From assembly GCF_009914755.1 (NCBI RefSeq), contig NC_060939.1: a stretch of 64,000 bases of DNA, one strand, 5' to 3'. The first letter of the stretch is position 1; every line of letters begins with the position of its first letter. This DNA comes from the human T2T-CHM13v2.0 reference genome, Homo sapiens. Below, one piece after another: positions 1 through 18,516 of this stretch. The position numbers and the translations under genes were made by a program. The notes below the pieces were generated by a model that was given only the letters and a program-made list of their open reading frames with translations, did no database searches and was not told the origin of the DNA.

Positions 1-1600
1 ATGTTCACTCAAAGCCAAGTAACTGGGGCTCTACAGTCAGCAGGTGGCAAAGCCAGCCTGGCTTATGTCTTTCCCTTCAGGGCAACGAGTTCTCTCAGGC
101 CCTGGTGGGTCCAGAGATGCTGTCTGGGAGTCAGGGACTACAGTCAAAAACCTTAGAAACTTACCTGGTGCTTTATTCTAAGGCGGCTGGGCTGACACTG
201 AAACCATGAGACAAAGTCCTTCCCACTCTGCCTTTCCCTTTTCACAGGCAGAGGAGCCTCACCCTGTGGCCACCACCACAGGCCCACAGGGAGTGCTGCC
301 AGGCTACTGTCGATGTTCACTTAGGGCCCAAGGGCTCTTAAGTCACTTGTGGTGAATGCTTCCAGGCCTGGGGCTCACCCTTCAGGGCAGTGGGCCCCCC
401 TCTGTCTCAGGGCAGGCCCAGAAATGCTGTTTAAGAGCCAAGGCCTAAAATCAGTGACCACAAGAGCCCATTTAGTGCTCTACCCCATTGTGGCCAGGCA
501 GGTACCTAAGCTGCAAGACAAAGTCCCTTTTACCTTTCCCTCTGCTTTTCTCAAGCAGAAGAAATCTCTCACCACAGCCACCAAAGCTGTGAATGTGCTG
601 GGTCTCACCTGAAGCCAGCATGTCGCAGAGCCTTACTCCAGGCCTATAGCACATTACCTGGGTATCACTGTTGGCTATTCAGGGCCCAAGGGCTCTTGAG
701 TCAGCAGGTGATGAATCCTGCCAGGACTAGAATCTTTTCTTTAAAGCAGCAGATTCCCTTCTGGCCCAGGGTGTATCTAGAAAGGTAATTCAGGAGCTAG
801 GTCCTGGAATGGGGGTCTCTCAACTCTGACTGGGGCTGTATCCTACTGTGGCTGAGCTGCTATCCAAGACGTAAGACAAAGTCCTCTTTACTCTTCCCCC
901 TCCTCTCCTCAAGCAAAAGGAAAGAGCCACTTTTGTTGCTGCAAGCTGCACTGCCTGGGGTTGGGGGAGGGGTGGTACAAACACTCCCTTGGCTGTCCTG
1001 GCTGGTGTCTCTCTAGGTCGTGTGCCTCTTGAGTCCACTGGCTCTGAGCCCAGCATGGCATTAGGATGTGCCTAGGAGTTGAAGTCCTTATGGACTAGAC
1101 TGCTTTCAAGTTTATTTAGGACCCTGGGGCATAATAGCCTGCCATGCCAAGGCTTGTCAAAACCCAAGCCTCAAGCCTCCTAACTACTGGGATGGGTGAA
1201 CCCCTCTGGGTAGGGCTGGTCTAAATGCTCCCTCCATGGGCAGGTGTCACGTGAGTTCCACCTGGTTTCGCTTTCTGCTGTGACAGGGCAGCACTGAGTT
1301 CAAGGCAGAGTCCCACAGTTGCTGCATTCTCCCTCCCCCAGGTGCACAGATTCTCAGCACCACAGCGACCACTGCTGGGGGAGGGGGAGGGGTGATATTG
1401 GTGTTTCAAGGCTGTCTCTCCTACCTTTTCAGTGCCTCTTTCAGCGACATGAAGTTAAACCCAGGTACTGTGAGTCCTCGCCTAATTTTTGGTTCTTATG
1501 ATGATGGTTTTCTGGTGGAAACAGTTGTTAAATTTGATTTTCCTGCAGGGGGAATGATTGGTAGAGACTACTATTCAGCCATCTTGCTCTGCTCCTCCTC
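1..1600 (-). mobile_element. Old LINE-1 (L1PB/L1M-type) 5' UTR region, antisense
   Basis: Ends in ctattcagccatcttgctctgctcctc, the reverse complement of a typical L1 5' terminus (gagcaagatggctgaatag). Internal sub-repeats such as gacaaagtcc recur near 209, 517 and 875. Subfamily is from recall. Confidence 0.7.
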
Positions 1601-1614
1601 CCTCCCTTCACTTT

Positions 1615-1710
1615 AATTACCTCCTAATAGCCCTATTTTTAAATACAATCATATAGGGGGTTAGGGCTCCAAGTATGAATTTTGAGGAGACACAATTCAG
1701 TCTATAGCAT
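1615..1710. mobile_element. MaLR (MLT1-like) LTR terminal fragment
   Basis: gggggttagggctccaagtatgaattttgaggagacacaattcagtctatagca resembles an MLT LTR end. Confidence 0.55.
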
Positions 1711-3636
1711 TTGGACTTGGGAAGAGGGAGGAAAAGAACACGCACAGGAAAGTCACAGTGTAAGCAACAGTATGGAGGTGGGAAAGTTCAGCTCATGGAT
1801 AGGAAAAATTGATCCAAGTTGGCAGGGCCCACAGGGAGATGTGGTGGGGTGGTGAGTGGCGGCCACATCAAAAGAACCTTGAATGCCAGGCTGAGGTGGG
1901 AGGCATTTCCTGTTGTGTGGAATGTGCCATGAGGTGGTGGGGAGGGTAACGTGATGAAAGGACATTTGGGAGGATGGATCTGGCATCAGTGATGGGTGGG
2001 GGTAAGGAGTGAACAAAGCTGGAGGCCAGGAAACCGGACACATGGCCCAGAGTTCAGGCATAGGCTGTTCAAAGGCAGTTTCCACACTGAGTTCCAATGT
2101 GGATCCAAGCATGCAGCGGATATATTTGGAAAAGCAAAAGCATTCCCTTCCCATTACCACACAGTTTCCCAGCTGAGTTCATCACCAGAGTCCTACACAT
2201 CAGACAGTCAACCTGCCCCAAACTCTGTCCCTAGAAGCTGTGGCCCAGAGGGAGCCCTTGTCCAGCTGTAGCCCGGGGACGCTGCAGCCTGAGCAGGACT
2301 GCACCTGTTCCCTCCCAGGAGCCTCATCTCTGTCCGGCCTGGCTTTGGCTTCAGATGCCCTCAGCTTTGGCTTCGAAATCTGTTGGGTCAGATTCACGAG
2401 AGCTCTGGCCTTCTTTGGGTTGGGAATTTTAAATAGTTTTTTCAAGCAGGCAGTAGATCAACTCTACTTGCTTACTTCTGGGTGCATCTCCTGTTCCCCG
2501 GCCCCAGATCTTCTTTTTCCTTGGTTTATCCTCTCATTGTGTTGCAGCACATCTTCCAGTGGCTTCCAGAGAAACAGTGAATGGAAGCCAAGCTTTCTGA
2601 CCCTCACATATTTTAGAATGTCATTGTTCTACCCCAATTCCTGATTACTAGTTTGGCTGGATGTAATGCTCTAATTTAAACATAACTTCTCTTCACATTG
2701 GGAAATATTGCTCTATTATTTTCTAGTTCCCAGTGTTGTTGGGAAGAAGTCAGTGTCATGCGGAGTCTTGGCTCTTTACATATGACCTGTCTTTTCTCTC
2801 TGGAAGATTTTAGGATTTTCTATCTTTGGGTTCTTGGAATTTCTCAGTGATGTACCTTGTTATAGGTCTTTCTACCTATACTGTGCTAGTCACTTGGTAG
2901 ACTCTTGAACTAGAAAATTATGTGCTTCTGTGGGGGGAAGCCACCAGCATGTTTGGGTCCTGGTTTGGGTCCCAATGGGGCACATGTGGGAAAGACCATG
3001 AATGCCCATGTCTCCGACTAGTTTCCCCATCAGAAGTGTTGTTGCACCAATCATCCTCCTCCATTAAAACTGGACAGACTAAGGGCCACTTTCCTAATGG
3101 ATGGGTCTTCTTGGTTCATCTCATGCTCCCAACAGAGCTCCCTCCCGGGGATGGGAACGCGCCATGCCAGGAGAGCCCTCTTGATCCAGCCTCCAGCCAA
3201 AGCCAGTCCCCCTGCCAAACAGGCCCTAGAGTTACACTGGAGGGTGACAGGCCTAACCTGGAAATTTCTTGCTGAAAATTGTCAGTTTCCCACACAAGTA
3301 CAGCCTGGCAGTTAATTCAAATTCAAACCAGAAGACTGCTGCTTCAGTCTCGACTGCTTGAAAATTAGGTTGTGTAGAGCTTTCATTTGCTGGAAATTGT
3401 GCAGCCAGACATTGTGCAGATTGACCCAGTAGCTACAGCAAGTACACACATAGGGCGCCAAGCAAGGACAAGTGTGCACATGTGCGCACGCACACACACA
3501 CACAGCAGAAAATCTAGAAATAAACTATTTTAATGTCAGCTGTCATGGAAGTTTTGTGTCATTTCCCCAAAAAAACACAAATTTTATTTTATGATTTAGT
3601 CTAGTATTTATTTAGAATTACTTAAGGAAAAGGAGA

Positions 3637-3930
3637 CGTGAGTGCAGTGGCTCATATCTGTAATCCTAGCACTTTGGGAGGCTGAGGCAGGAGGATCACT
3701 TGAGCCTGGGAGTTCAAGACCAGCCTGGGCAACATGATGAAACGCCATCTCTATAAAAAATATGAAAATTAGCCAGATGTGGTAGCATGTGCCTGTGGTC
3801 CCAGCTACCCAGGAGACTGAGGTGGGAGGATCCCTTGGGCCCGGGAGGCGGAGGTTGCAGTGAGCCAAGATCACATCACTGCATTGCAGCCTGGGTGACA
3901 GAGTGAGATCCCATCTCAAAAACAAAGAGA
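3637..3930 (+). mobile_element. Alu
   Basis: gtggctcatatctgtaatcctagcactttgggaggctgagg ... cagcctgggtgacagagtgagat followed by an A-rich tail. Confidence 0.95.
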
Positions 3931-4080
3931 AAGAAAGAAGAAGACAGAGAAAGAGAAGAGAAAAGAAAAAGAAGAGAGGAGAAAAGAAAGAAGAGAAAAG
4001 AGAGGAAAGAAGAGATAAGAGAGGAGAGAAAAGAGGGGAGGGGAGGGAAGGGGAGAGGGGAGGAGAGAAGGGGAAAGGAG
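3920..4080 (+). repeat. Purine-rich (GA) low-complexity tract derived from the Alu tail
   Basis: Almost entirely A/G for ~160 bp. Confidence 0.9.
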
Positions 4081-4084
4081 CAAT

Positions 4085-5960
<1,876 letters not shown>

Positions 5961-6329
5961 CTCCCTCAACTGTGACCGCCACCTTATAATGATGGTATTC
6001 TTACATTTCCCCACCTGTCCCTTGTGCCATTCTCATCATCATTTTACTTCCACACGTTATAAACCCCACAATGTTATTACTTTTGCCTCAGTCAATTATT
6101 TCTAGACATCAAAAAATGAGAAAATAGGATCTTTTCTATTTATCCATGTATTTATTATGTCAGTGGTCTTCATTCCTTTGTGTAGAACCAAATTTCTATC
6201 CAGTGTCATTTTTCTTCTGACCAAAGAACTGCTTTTAACACTTCACAGAGTGCAGGCCTGCTGGTGATTATCCTGGCTTTTGTCTGTGTGAAAAAGTCTT
6301 TATTTTGTCTTCATTAAATTTTTTAAAAA

Positions 6330-7440
<1,111 letters not shown>

Positions 7441-8147
7441 TAGTGTGGGACTGTGTTCCAGCACTAGTTAAGTTATTTGAAATAAGTTGGATCTACAAAG
7501 GTTTGCTTTCAATCTTTGTTAGGACAGTTTCAGAGAAGTCTTTACTCCAGTGCTCATTTAGCCCCACTATTAAGGCAATAGTTTTTTAAAGCTTCTCTTC
7601 CATTTCCTAAGTATTATGAGGTATTTTCATTCTGACTAGTGAGAATATGAATTCTCTCTAGCCTGTTGTGAGCTCTGGGGATTCTTCTGTCTGCTTTCTG
7701 GCAGTTCTTTCCCTGGGTACTTTCTTCTCACATATGTCCCTATCAGCCCTTTGCCAAAGGCTTGAGGGCATCTTCCATAGCTCTCCAGAGTTCACGCGCT
7801 CTCTTCTCCCACCTCCTCCCTGGTACTCTACCTCACAAATTCTACCGGCCTTGAAGATCTTCCCAAGCTCTGATCTCTGTCTCCTCAATCCACCAAGACC
7901 ACCGGACTTTGGATTCCCCTCCCTGTGTTGGAGCCTGTAATTGCTTCCGGCAGTAAACCGAGGACACTCTAGGGTTCACCTTCTTTTAGGGATCATAGTT
8001 CTGCTCGACCTGTTCTCCGATGTCTGAAAACTATTGTTTTATATTTTGTTCCATTTTTCTAGTTATTAAAGGTGGGAGGCAAATCTGGTCCCTGTTATCA
8101 GTCATGGCCACATGTAGAGGTTGCAGGATGTTGTTTACATCTGTATC

Positions 8148-8300
8148 TTTTTTTTTTTTTTTGAGACAGGATCTCACTCTGTCACCCCAAGTGGCACCAT
8201 CTCGGCTCACTGCCACCTCCACTTTGTGGCCTCAAATGATCCTCCCACCTCAGCTTCCCAAAGTGCTGGGATTACAGGTGTGAGCCACTGTGCCTGGCCT
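8148..8300 (-). mobile_element. Internally deleted Alu
   Basis: Poly-T + gagacaggatctcactctgtcacc joined to cccaaagtgctgggattacagg. Confidence 0.85.
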
Positions 8301-9334
8301 GAAACTGTATCTTTCTTATTACCAGAGAAGTTAAACATTTTTTCCTGTGTGTCAGCAGCATTTGTGTTTCTTTTTCTTTGAATTTTCATTTTTCCAGTTT
8401 GAACTTTCCATTTTTCTTAGAATTTTTGGTCTTTGTCTTCTCTACTTTTAGAATAGAATGAATATGATATTAATCATACTTCGAATTGTGGCCATGATGG
8501 AGTACCTGTATTGATGATGGTCTCCCAGCATAAACAACTACAAAGCTGGACAAAGTACATGAAGAAATTGTCTTCAGCCATTGGGCAATAGGCAGTTCCA
8601 GGTACAATCTGAGAGAAGGGAATCACATGAAGTTACTGCTACATTTTTCTGGTGGGGAAAGTTTCAAAACCCTCAATGACAGCACGAGGAAGCAGAGTCC
8701 AGGCAAAGGATCAGTCTTGTTTGGTGGAGGAAACGGAGACTGCTGCTCAGGGCTGCTAAAATGTGTGTGGCAGGGTATCAGAAAGGATGGAGTTGCAGAG
8801 AAGGAGCCCCAGAAATCTTATAGAGGTTGCTGCAGGTCCTTGGCCAAATCCCAAACTATGAATGTGTGGATTGAGACTCTGCAAGGCCTAGCACAGAACA
8901 GCCGATGGGGAGCTGAGAGCTAAACAGCGATTTCAGTGGTCACAGAGTGCTGGAAACACATCTGAATTCTGGCTCAGCCAGCATCTCCACTCTTGGAATC
9001 TCAGGACTTGATGAATATCCCAGACATTCACAGGAGGGCCTAGAAGGCCATGCCTTGGGATTAAGGAAGATTCTCTAGGAATAAGGTCAAAACTAAAAAC
9101 CAGCTCACGCTAACAAAACCTAAAATGTAGCCTTGACACACGTGATCAAGTTAACCCATCAGTAATTTAATTCCCTGCCAAAATAAAACTCAACACTGGA
9201 GTAGGATAACATAACCCACATCTCTACAATGAAGGTTCACAATGTCCAACAGCTCAAGAAATACTTAGAAGACATGAGAAAAAGTGAGAAAATATATCCT
9301 ACAATTAAGAGAAAACCAGTCAATACGAACTGAC

Positions 9335-10168
<834 letters not shown>

Positions 10169-10289
10169 GGCCCATAAATGGCTCACACATTGGAATTAGC
10201 AGGCAAGAGCTTTAAAGTAACTACATACATACATCAAAGATTTTAGAGAAATATCAACACCTGTGAAGATGGTGAAAAAAGAATTTAGA

Positions 10290-10412
10290 GAAATAATTTT
10301 TAGTATAAGTATGTCCTAAATATGCATGGTACATACTTACTAAAATATAGTTTATTTTTTAATCAGAAATCTAAATTTAACTGGGCATCCTATATTTTAT
10401 CTGGCATCTCTA
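10290..10412. mobile_element. MER53-like hAT MITE fragment
   Basis: tagtataagtatgtcc...catacttactaaaa...aaatttaactgggcatcctatattttatctggca. Confidence 0.6.
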
Positions 10413-10599
10413 CCCCAAAGCCAAGAAAGAGAGAATCCAGAGTCCTATCTTTTAGCAGGTGACCTAGCCTAGGACAGGGCCTGGCCAGGGGCAATTGTGC
10501 ATTGGATGGATTAGAGATGCCAGTCATTCAAAGGTTTGCCAGACCTGCATACAATCAACATTATTTTTATTTAATATTTTTGTCTAAAGCAACTTTAAA

Positions 10600-12450
<1,851 letters not shown>

Positions 12451-12499
12451 GTCAACTCATTTTTAAAACCTAAATAAATGTATTTAAAAAGGAAACTTT

Positions 12500-12760
12500 C
12501 GCTTTGGGAGGCCAAAGCGGGTGAATTGCTTGAGCCCAGGAGTTCAAGACCAGCCTGAGCAACATGGCGAAACTCTGTCTCTACAAAAATTACAAAAATA
12601 TCCAGGCATGGTGACGTGAGCCTATAGTTTCAGCTACTTGGGAAGTGAGGCAGGAGGATTGCTTGAGCCTGGGAGGTTGAGGCTGCCGTGAGCTGTGATC
12701 GCACCATTATACTCCAGCCTGGGAGACAGAGCAAAACCCTGCCTTAAATAAATAAATGAA
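12500..12760 (+). mobile_element. Alu (5' truncated)
   Basis: ctttgggaggccaaagcggg...cagcctgggagacagagc, then a taaa tail. Confidence 0.9.
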
Positions 12761-12779
12761 TAAAAGGAAATTTGTGATT

Positions 12780-12940
12780 AGTGGTTCTCAAAGTGTGGTC
12801 CCTGAGCCAGCAGCATCAGCATCCCCATCAGCTGAGAACTTGTTAGAAATGCAGATTCTCAGGCGCCACCCCAGACCTCCTGAATCAGAACCTCTGAGGC
12901 GTGGGTTCAGCGACCTGTGGTTTAACAAGCCCTCCCGGTG
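12780..12940. mobile_element. MER5A
   Basis: gtggttctcaaagtgtggtcc...cagcagcatcagcat...ttgttagaaatgcagattctcagg...tttaacaagccctcc. Confidence 0.8.
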
Positions 12941-14063
12941 AGAATCGGTCTCATTCACTACAGATAGAAGGAAATGGTAAAAATCAATTCATCCCCGTAT
13001 CGCCTAAAATCCTCCTGTGGGCCCCAGGTTGGCACAGCACACTTTTGGGCAGGAGCCCCACTCACAGAGGCTGTGACAAGAATGCTCCTGCCCCTGGGGT
13101 TGTGCAGTGACAGCTCACACAGCTCCACGTGGCGGTTCTGAGTTTGGGAAGCGCTGATGTAGTCCTACTACAGCCCTTCCTGCCCTTCACTGGACTGAGA
13201 AAATCCAGGCTCTGAGGAGGGAGAGACTTGCCCAAGGTCACCCAGCAACATGGTCAGTCTCCTTTCCCAGGGCCCTCACAATGCGTGGCCTGTTTAAAGC
13301 CTGCCTCTATTCACTGCTGAGTGAAAAATCCAGCTCCAAAACAGAATATGGGGAAGGATACTATCTTGTGCAGCTTATGTTTATAGCTGCAGATACGTGG
13401 GAAAAAAAGTCAGAAAATACTGTTGAAGCAGTTACTTAGGGAGAAAAGGTGTTTGCTGGTCTTTTGTGTTTTTAACTTTTCTATATTTCATAATTTTTAT
13501 CACAATAATGTTTAGTTACATAATCAAAATGTATTAAATGTTAAAAATTGACATGAAGCCTGATCCAGCCACGGCCTATTGTTGGCAGAGTCAGGAAGCC
13601 TTCCAGATAGAGCAGCCCCGCACCTGCCCCAGGTCACACCCTGGGCCTGGGCACATGCTAGGTCCTCTGTCTGGACACCCTCACCCTGTGGTGGCCTCCA
13701 CGTCCGTACCCACCAGCACCTCCTGTGGGCGAGGCCCTACATTACATCCAGCCCTGGGCACCCACTAGCCCAGAGGGCACCTCATGGTCTGAGAGCCCGC
13801 CTGTCTGTCTCTAAAGAGAGGAAAACTCCTTGGGACATGTGTTCCACTTGACCCATCACCCCTGGCCTGGTACAGAAAGGTAGACAGTGGGTATTTGGTG
13901 AATAAATGAATGGATGATTAGAATGAATTCCCAAAATGGCAATTTCCTGAGGCCCTTCTCCAGCTGGCCCAGGTGGAACCAGTTCCACTTTTCACAGGAA
14001 AGCCAGGTGGGAGGAGTGGGGCAGGTGTGTGTGAGGGGCCAGATTCTTGAGGGCTGCATGGAC

Positions 14064-16107
14064 ATGGGGCTTTGGCGGGTCTGGGGGCGGCAGTGCTTCT
14101 GTGGGAGCCTCAGGGAGGGCTCATCCTTGGAATCCACCAGGGTATCCTGGTACCCCCAGCTGCTGCGTGGCGTGAGAAGTCCTGGCTGGTGGGGACACAC
14201 AGGTACTTGTTTGGATTGGCCACCTGGTCCAGCCCAAGGAGCTGTGCCTCCAGCCCCTTGGGGAAAAACTCACTTCTGATGTGTGACAACAGCTGCAGGC
14301 AAGGGGAGGGAGAGGTGTGCTGGGCCTCGGCCTTAGAAGCCAGAAGCCCTACCTTGGTCTATATGGGAAAGGCATGCGGCCTCAGCTAGATCTAGGGTCC
14401 TGGGTTATGGTCAGAACCCTCCCTTATGGACTCAGTGACTTGGGCTGACCCCGCCCCTCCCTGAGCCTCATCAGTGAAACCAGGATGGGGCCAGGGCTCT
14501 CGACACCTCCCAGCTCAGACCTCTGACTTTCTCCCAGGAGGGCAGGAGATCAGACAGAGGTGACCCGGGCTCTCCTGTTTACCTCAACCTCCTTGTGAAG
14601 CCTCCCTCTTTCTGCCTGTGAGGTGGGTGGGGCCGGAAGGAGGGGCATTCACCTGTAGGCCTCTGACTTCTCTGCCCAGGTGTACCTGGAGAGCCTGGTC
14701 TATACCCGGTGCTCTGCTACACCCCATGGCCTGGCCATGACCTCCCTGCCTCCAGAGCAGCCCTGGCCCAGGGAAGAAGCTGTCTCTGCATCGAATGATA
14801 GGTGGAAAATGGAAGTGGGGATGATAGCTCTGAAAAGGAGTCAAGGAGGAGGTGCCTTCCCAAGGATGCTGAGGGTTTTTCCAGAATGGAACTTGACTGG
14901 TGCGGGCAAACATCAGGAGGTGGGAAGGGTGGCTCCCTCTGTGGGAGCCAGGGTGACTTGCCTGGATCGAACAGTGGTAGGCAGTGGGTAGGGCAGGCAG
15001 AGCTGGGGTGCCCAGAGCCTGGGGTCCCTGTCCTTGCAGAGGACTGGATTGCAAAACAAGTGTCCCCTGCCTTCTGGCTGGGGGACATCCTCTACTTCCA
15101 AGCCCAGACATACACCTGCTGCCACAAGCCCCTGAGGTTCTTCAGAGGACCAATGGGCAGCCACACCCATGCTGGGCCAGCCTGCTGGGCCCACCTGCAC
15201 CATGGTCAGAGCCCATGACTGAGGGGACTCTCTGGGGACAATGGGGGCAGTCTCATGCTGCCCTCTTACAGGTGGATCAGTCCCTGGGATCTGGTGTTGG
15301 GCCGGGGTAGGCTGAGTATGTTCTCTGATGGGGTGCCTTGTGGACAGCAGGTAGAGCAACTTCTTCTTGGCTTTCTTGGACCTCAGGACATAGCTGAACA
15401 CTGCGCTTTACCCTGGATGCCTTCAGATTCTCAGGGGACCCTGGGAAGGAAGAGGGGCTGCCCCTGCAAAGGGCCAGGGCCCTGGCCCATGGTTGCTTCC
15501 CCCAGCAGGTACCTCCTCTCCAGATTGACATCACCTGATTCCTGAAGGCCTGAGCTACAGACCAGAGCCCCAACACCCTCACCAAGGCCTGTTCTTAATC
15601 AGAGCAGCTAGTATATGATTCCGGAGCTGAAGTGGGCAGAGAGAGAATGCAGGGCTCTGTAAGACTTCTTGGCTCCCTGCTGCGGTGGGCCCTGTAGAAG
15701 GCCCCCCAGAAATCTGCAGCTGCTGTAAGTCACTGGGAGGAAGCTGCAGCAGACATGTGTTTCCCAGCCTGGTAGATGGAGAAGGGTTTCCGGGTCTCCG
15801 AGTGGGAGGCCCAAACGTGGCCTTGGTTGTAGCAGTGCAGGAATTCTAGCCAGCTCTGGGGCCCAGGGCAAGTCATTTAACCTCTCAGAACCCCACTCCT
15901 GGTCACCATGTGGCTCTTGTGTGGTTGTAAAGAACACCCCTGGCCACTTATGTCCCATCAGTGGAAGCCTAGCATGGGTGGAGACCCCCGAGACTGAACT
16001 CAGTGGCAGGATCCAGCCTTTCCAGCTCTCCTACATAGAGCCCAGAGCCAGCAGGGTGGGTTTCCTGAAGAAGCAGGCACTCCTGTGGGCTGGAGAGCAT
16101 GATTAAA
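14064..16107 (+). pseudogene. Unprocessed, heavily decayed zona pellucida ZP3 (ZPC)-family pseudogene
   Basis: Manual translation allowing frameshifts. Ex1 ~14064-14298: MGL..GLGAAVLLW; HRYLFG/GHLVQPKEL; LLMCDNS.Q. Ex2/3 14680-14801: VYLESLVY; YTPWPGHD; KKLSLHRMI. Ex4 15040-~15204: EDWIAKQVSPAFWLGDILYFQAQTYTCCHKPLRFF. Ex5 ~15331-15450: GCLVDSR*..AF..LRFTLDAFRFSGD. Ex6 15524-~15610: IDIT*FLKA*ATDQSPNTLTKACS*. Ex7 ~15686-15825: W.PVEGPPEICSCC; RPKR. Possible ex8 ~15960-16107 ending at ATTAAA. Motif order and several intron phases match ZP3. Confidence 0.9.
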
Positions 16108-16256
16108 GGTCCCTTTGGGAAGGTGGAAGAGGCTGCGGTCAGTGGAGGCCATAATGAGGCAGAGCTTGGGCAGAAGGGGCATGATTGGGGGATCTGAGAC
16201 CCAATAGAGACTGGACTGAGGACACTGTGCCACTCAGGTGGTGGAAACTGAGCTAG

Positions 16257-16546
<290 letters not shown>

Positions 16547-17662
16547 TGACACACATGCTGGCAACTTGCCCCTAGACAGACATGTTTCTGGACTTGGTTC
16601 CATTTGTTCTGATGGGCTCCTCTCTCTCAATGACCGCACGTTATATTATGTGGCCATTCTTACACATTTCTGTATAGACCTGAGGGTTAGTGTATTAATG
16701 TCAAAGTTCTACTGGTTTTTCGAGGCTGGGTGGAATGTTTGGGTTAATTTAGGAGTGGGCATCTTGACAATATAGGCTTTTCCTCCGGGAATGGTGATTC
16801 TGGGACGCAGGTTTTGCACATCCTGGTTTATTGCTTGGCTCGCTGCCACAGAGGGATGGCACTGCTCCACATGCCATGCCCAAGAGATGTCCCACCTTAT
16901 CTTTCTAAATCAAGCTGAATGTTCTCAGCTGACAGGATATCCTATCAGTGCTGCGGGGACTCACACCTTCCAAACTGAGATGAAGTGAGGTGGAGACTAT
17001 GGAGCAGATCCGTGCTGACTGCATTCGCCCTTCCTGACCCACACTGCTGCTGGCCGGGGCTATGTCTGAGCCATCAGAGGGCATTGATTTGGGGACGGGG
17101 CGGGGGGCGGTCCTGGAGAGATGCCCCTCACCTCCCTCAGCTCCTCCTGTCCACCTAACACTTGGCCACCAAGGTCCCTGACTTCCAGGCCCCAGTCACC
17201 ACTAATGGGGTGCTGCATGGGAACAAAGTGTAGGCCCAGAACCTGGAGCTCAGGTCACTCCTCCTTCCATTCGAAGCCTCTGCCCCTCCCAGGTGATTCC
17301 ACCCTCATTCCTCCATGGGCCAAATATCCTAAACAAAGGCCTGGACAGGGGTCTTTATCCGAGTACTCAGAAAACACACACGGAAATGCTTTGCATGCCC
17401 CCTGTGGCCTGCCAGGGGTAAGAGCCTGCCCGTCAAAATGCACAGTCCTGGTTCTTGCAGGGAGGTGAGGAGCGGAGGAAGAAAAGATCCATCTCATTCT
17501 TTCAGCAGGATCCTAAACTTGGGAAAGCCAGATGCAGTACATTTCTTAATCCTGATACTTTTATAACTGGTTATAGCGGGGTCACATGCGCAACTGTTTT
17601 CCAACATCTTTCAACGGGCCACATAACATCCTGTAACTTCTTTTTTTAATTTTTATTTTGTA

Positions 17663-18095
<433 letters not shown>

Positions 18096-18171
18096 TAGAC
18101 TGCCATTGGCAAATGCCAGTTGATTATCCACCCACATTTATGTTAATGGATTTCCCATGTTTTATTTGTCT

Positions 18172-18385
18172 AGACCAGGCTTTCTCCACAGCAGCACTGT
18201 TGATGTTTAGGGCTGGACAGTTCTCTGTTCTGGAGCTGTTTGCGCCTCGCAGGATGTTTAGCAGCATCCCCAGCCTCCGCCTGCCACATGCCAGCAGCAC
18301 TCCTCAGTGTGACAGCCAAAGTGATTTCAGATACTGTCAAATATCCCCAGGGCGGCAAAATCACCTCCAGTTGAGAACTGCTGAC
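18172..18385. mobile_element. MER20
   Basis: aggatgtttagcagcatccccagcctc...gccagcagcac...gtgacagccaaa...tgtcaaatatccccagggcggcaaaatcacc...ttgagaac. Confidence 0.8.
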
Positions 18386-18516
18386 CTAAAACCCTCTGGA
18401 ACAATGTTAGATCATGGTAATGATAGCGCATACTGCTCCTGACCTTAATGGGAATACCTCTAGCATCAAAGTATAGTAGTACCTGTATACTACTGTCTGG
18501 GCTGTTATTAGTACAC

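Noticed and set aside
14913-15585. Minus-strand ORFs of 162 and 102 aa with an apparent gtaaga donor
   Set aside because: No recognisable motifs; the + strand carries ordered ZP3 motifs, so these are antisense shadows.
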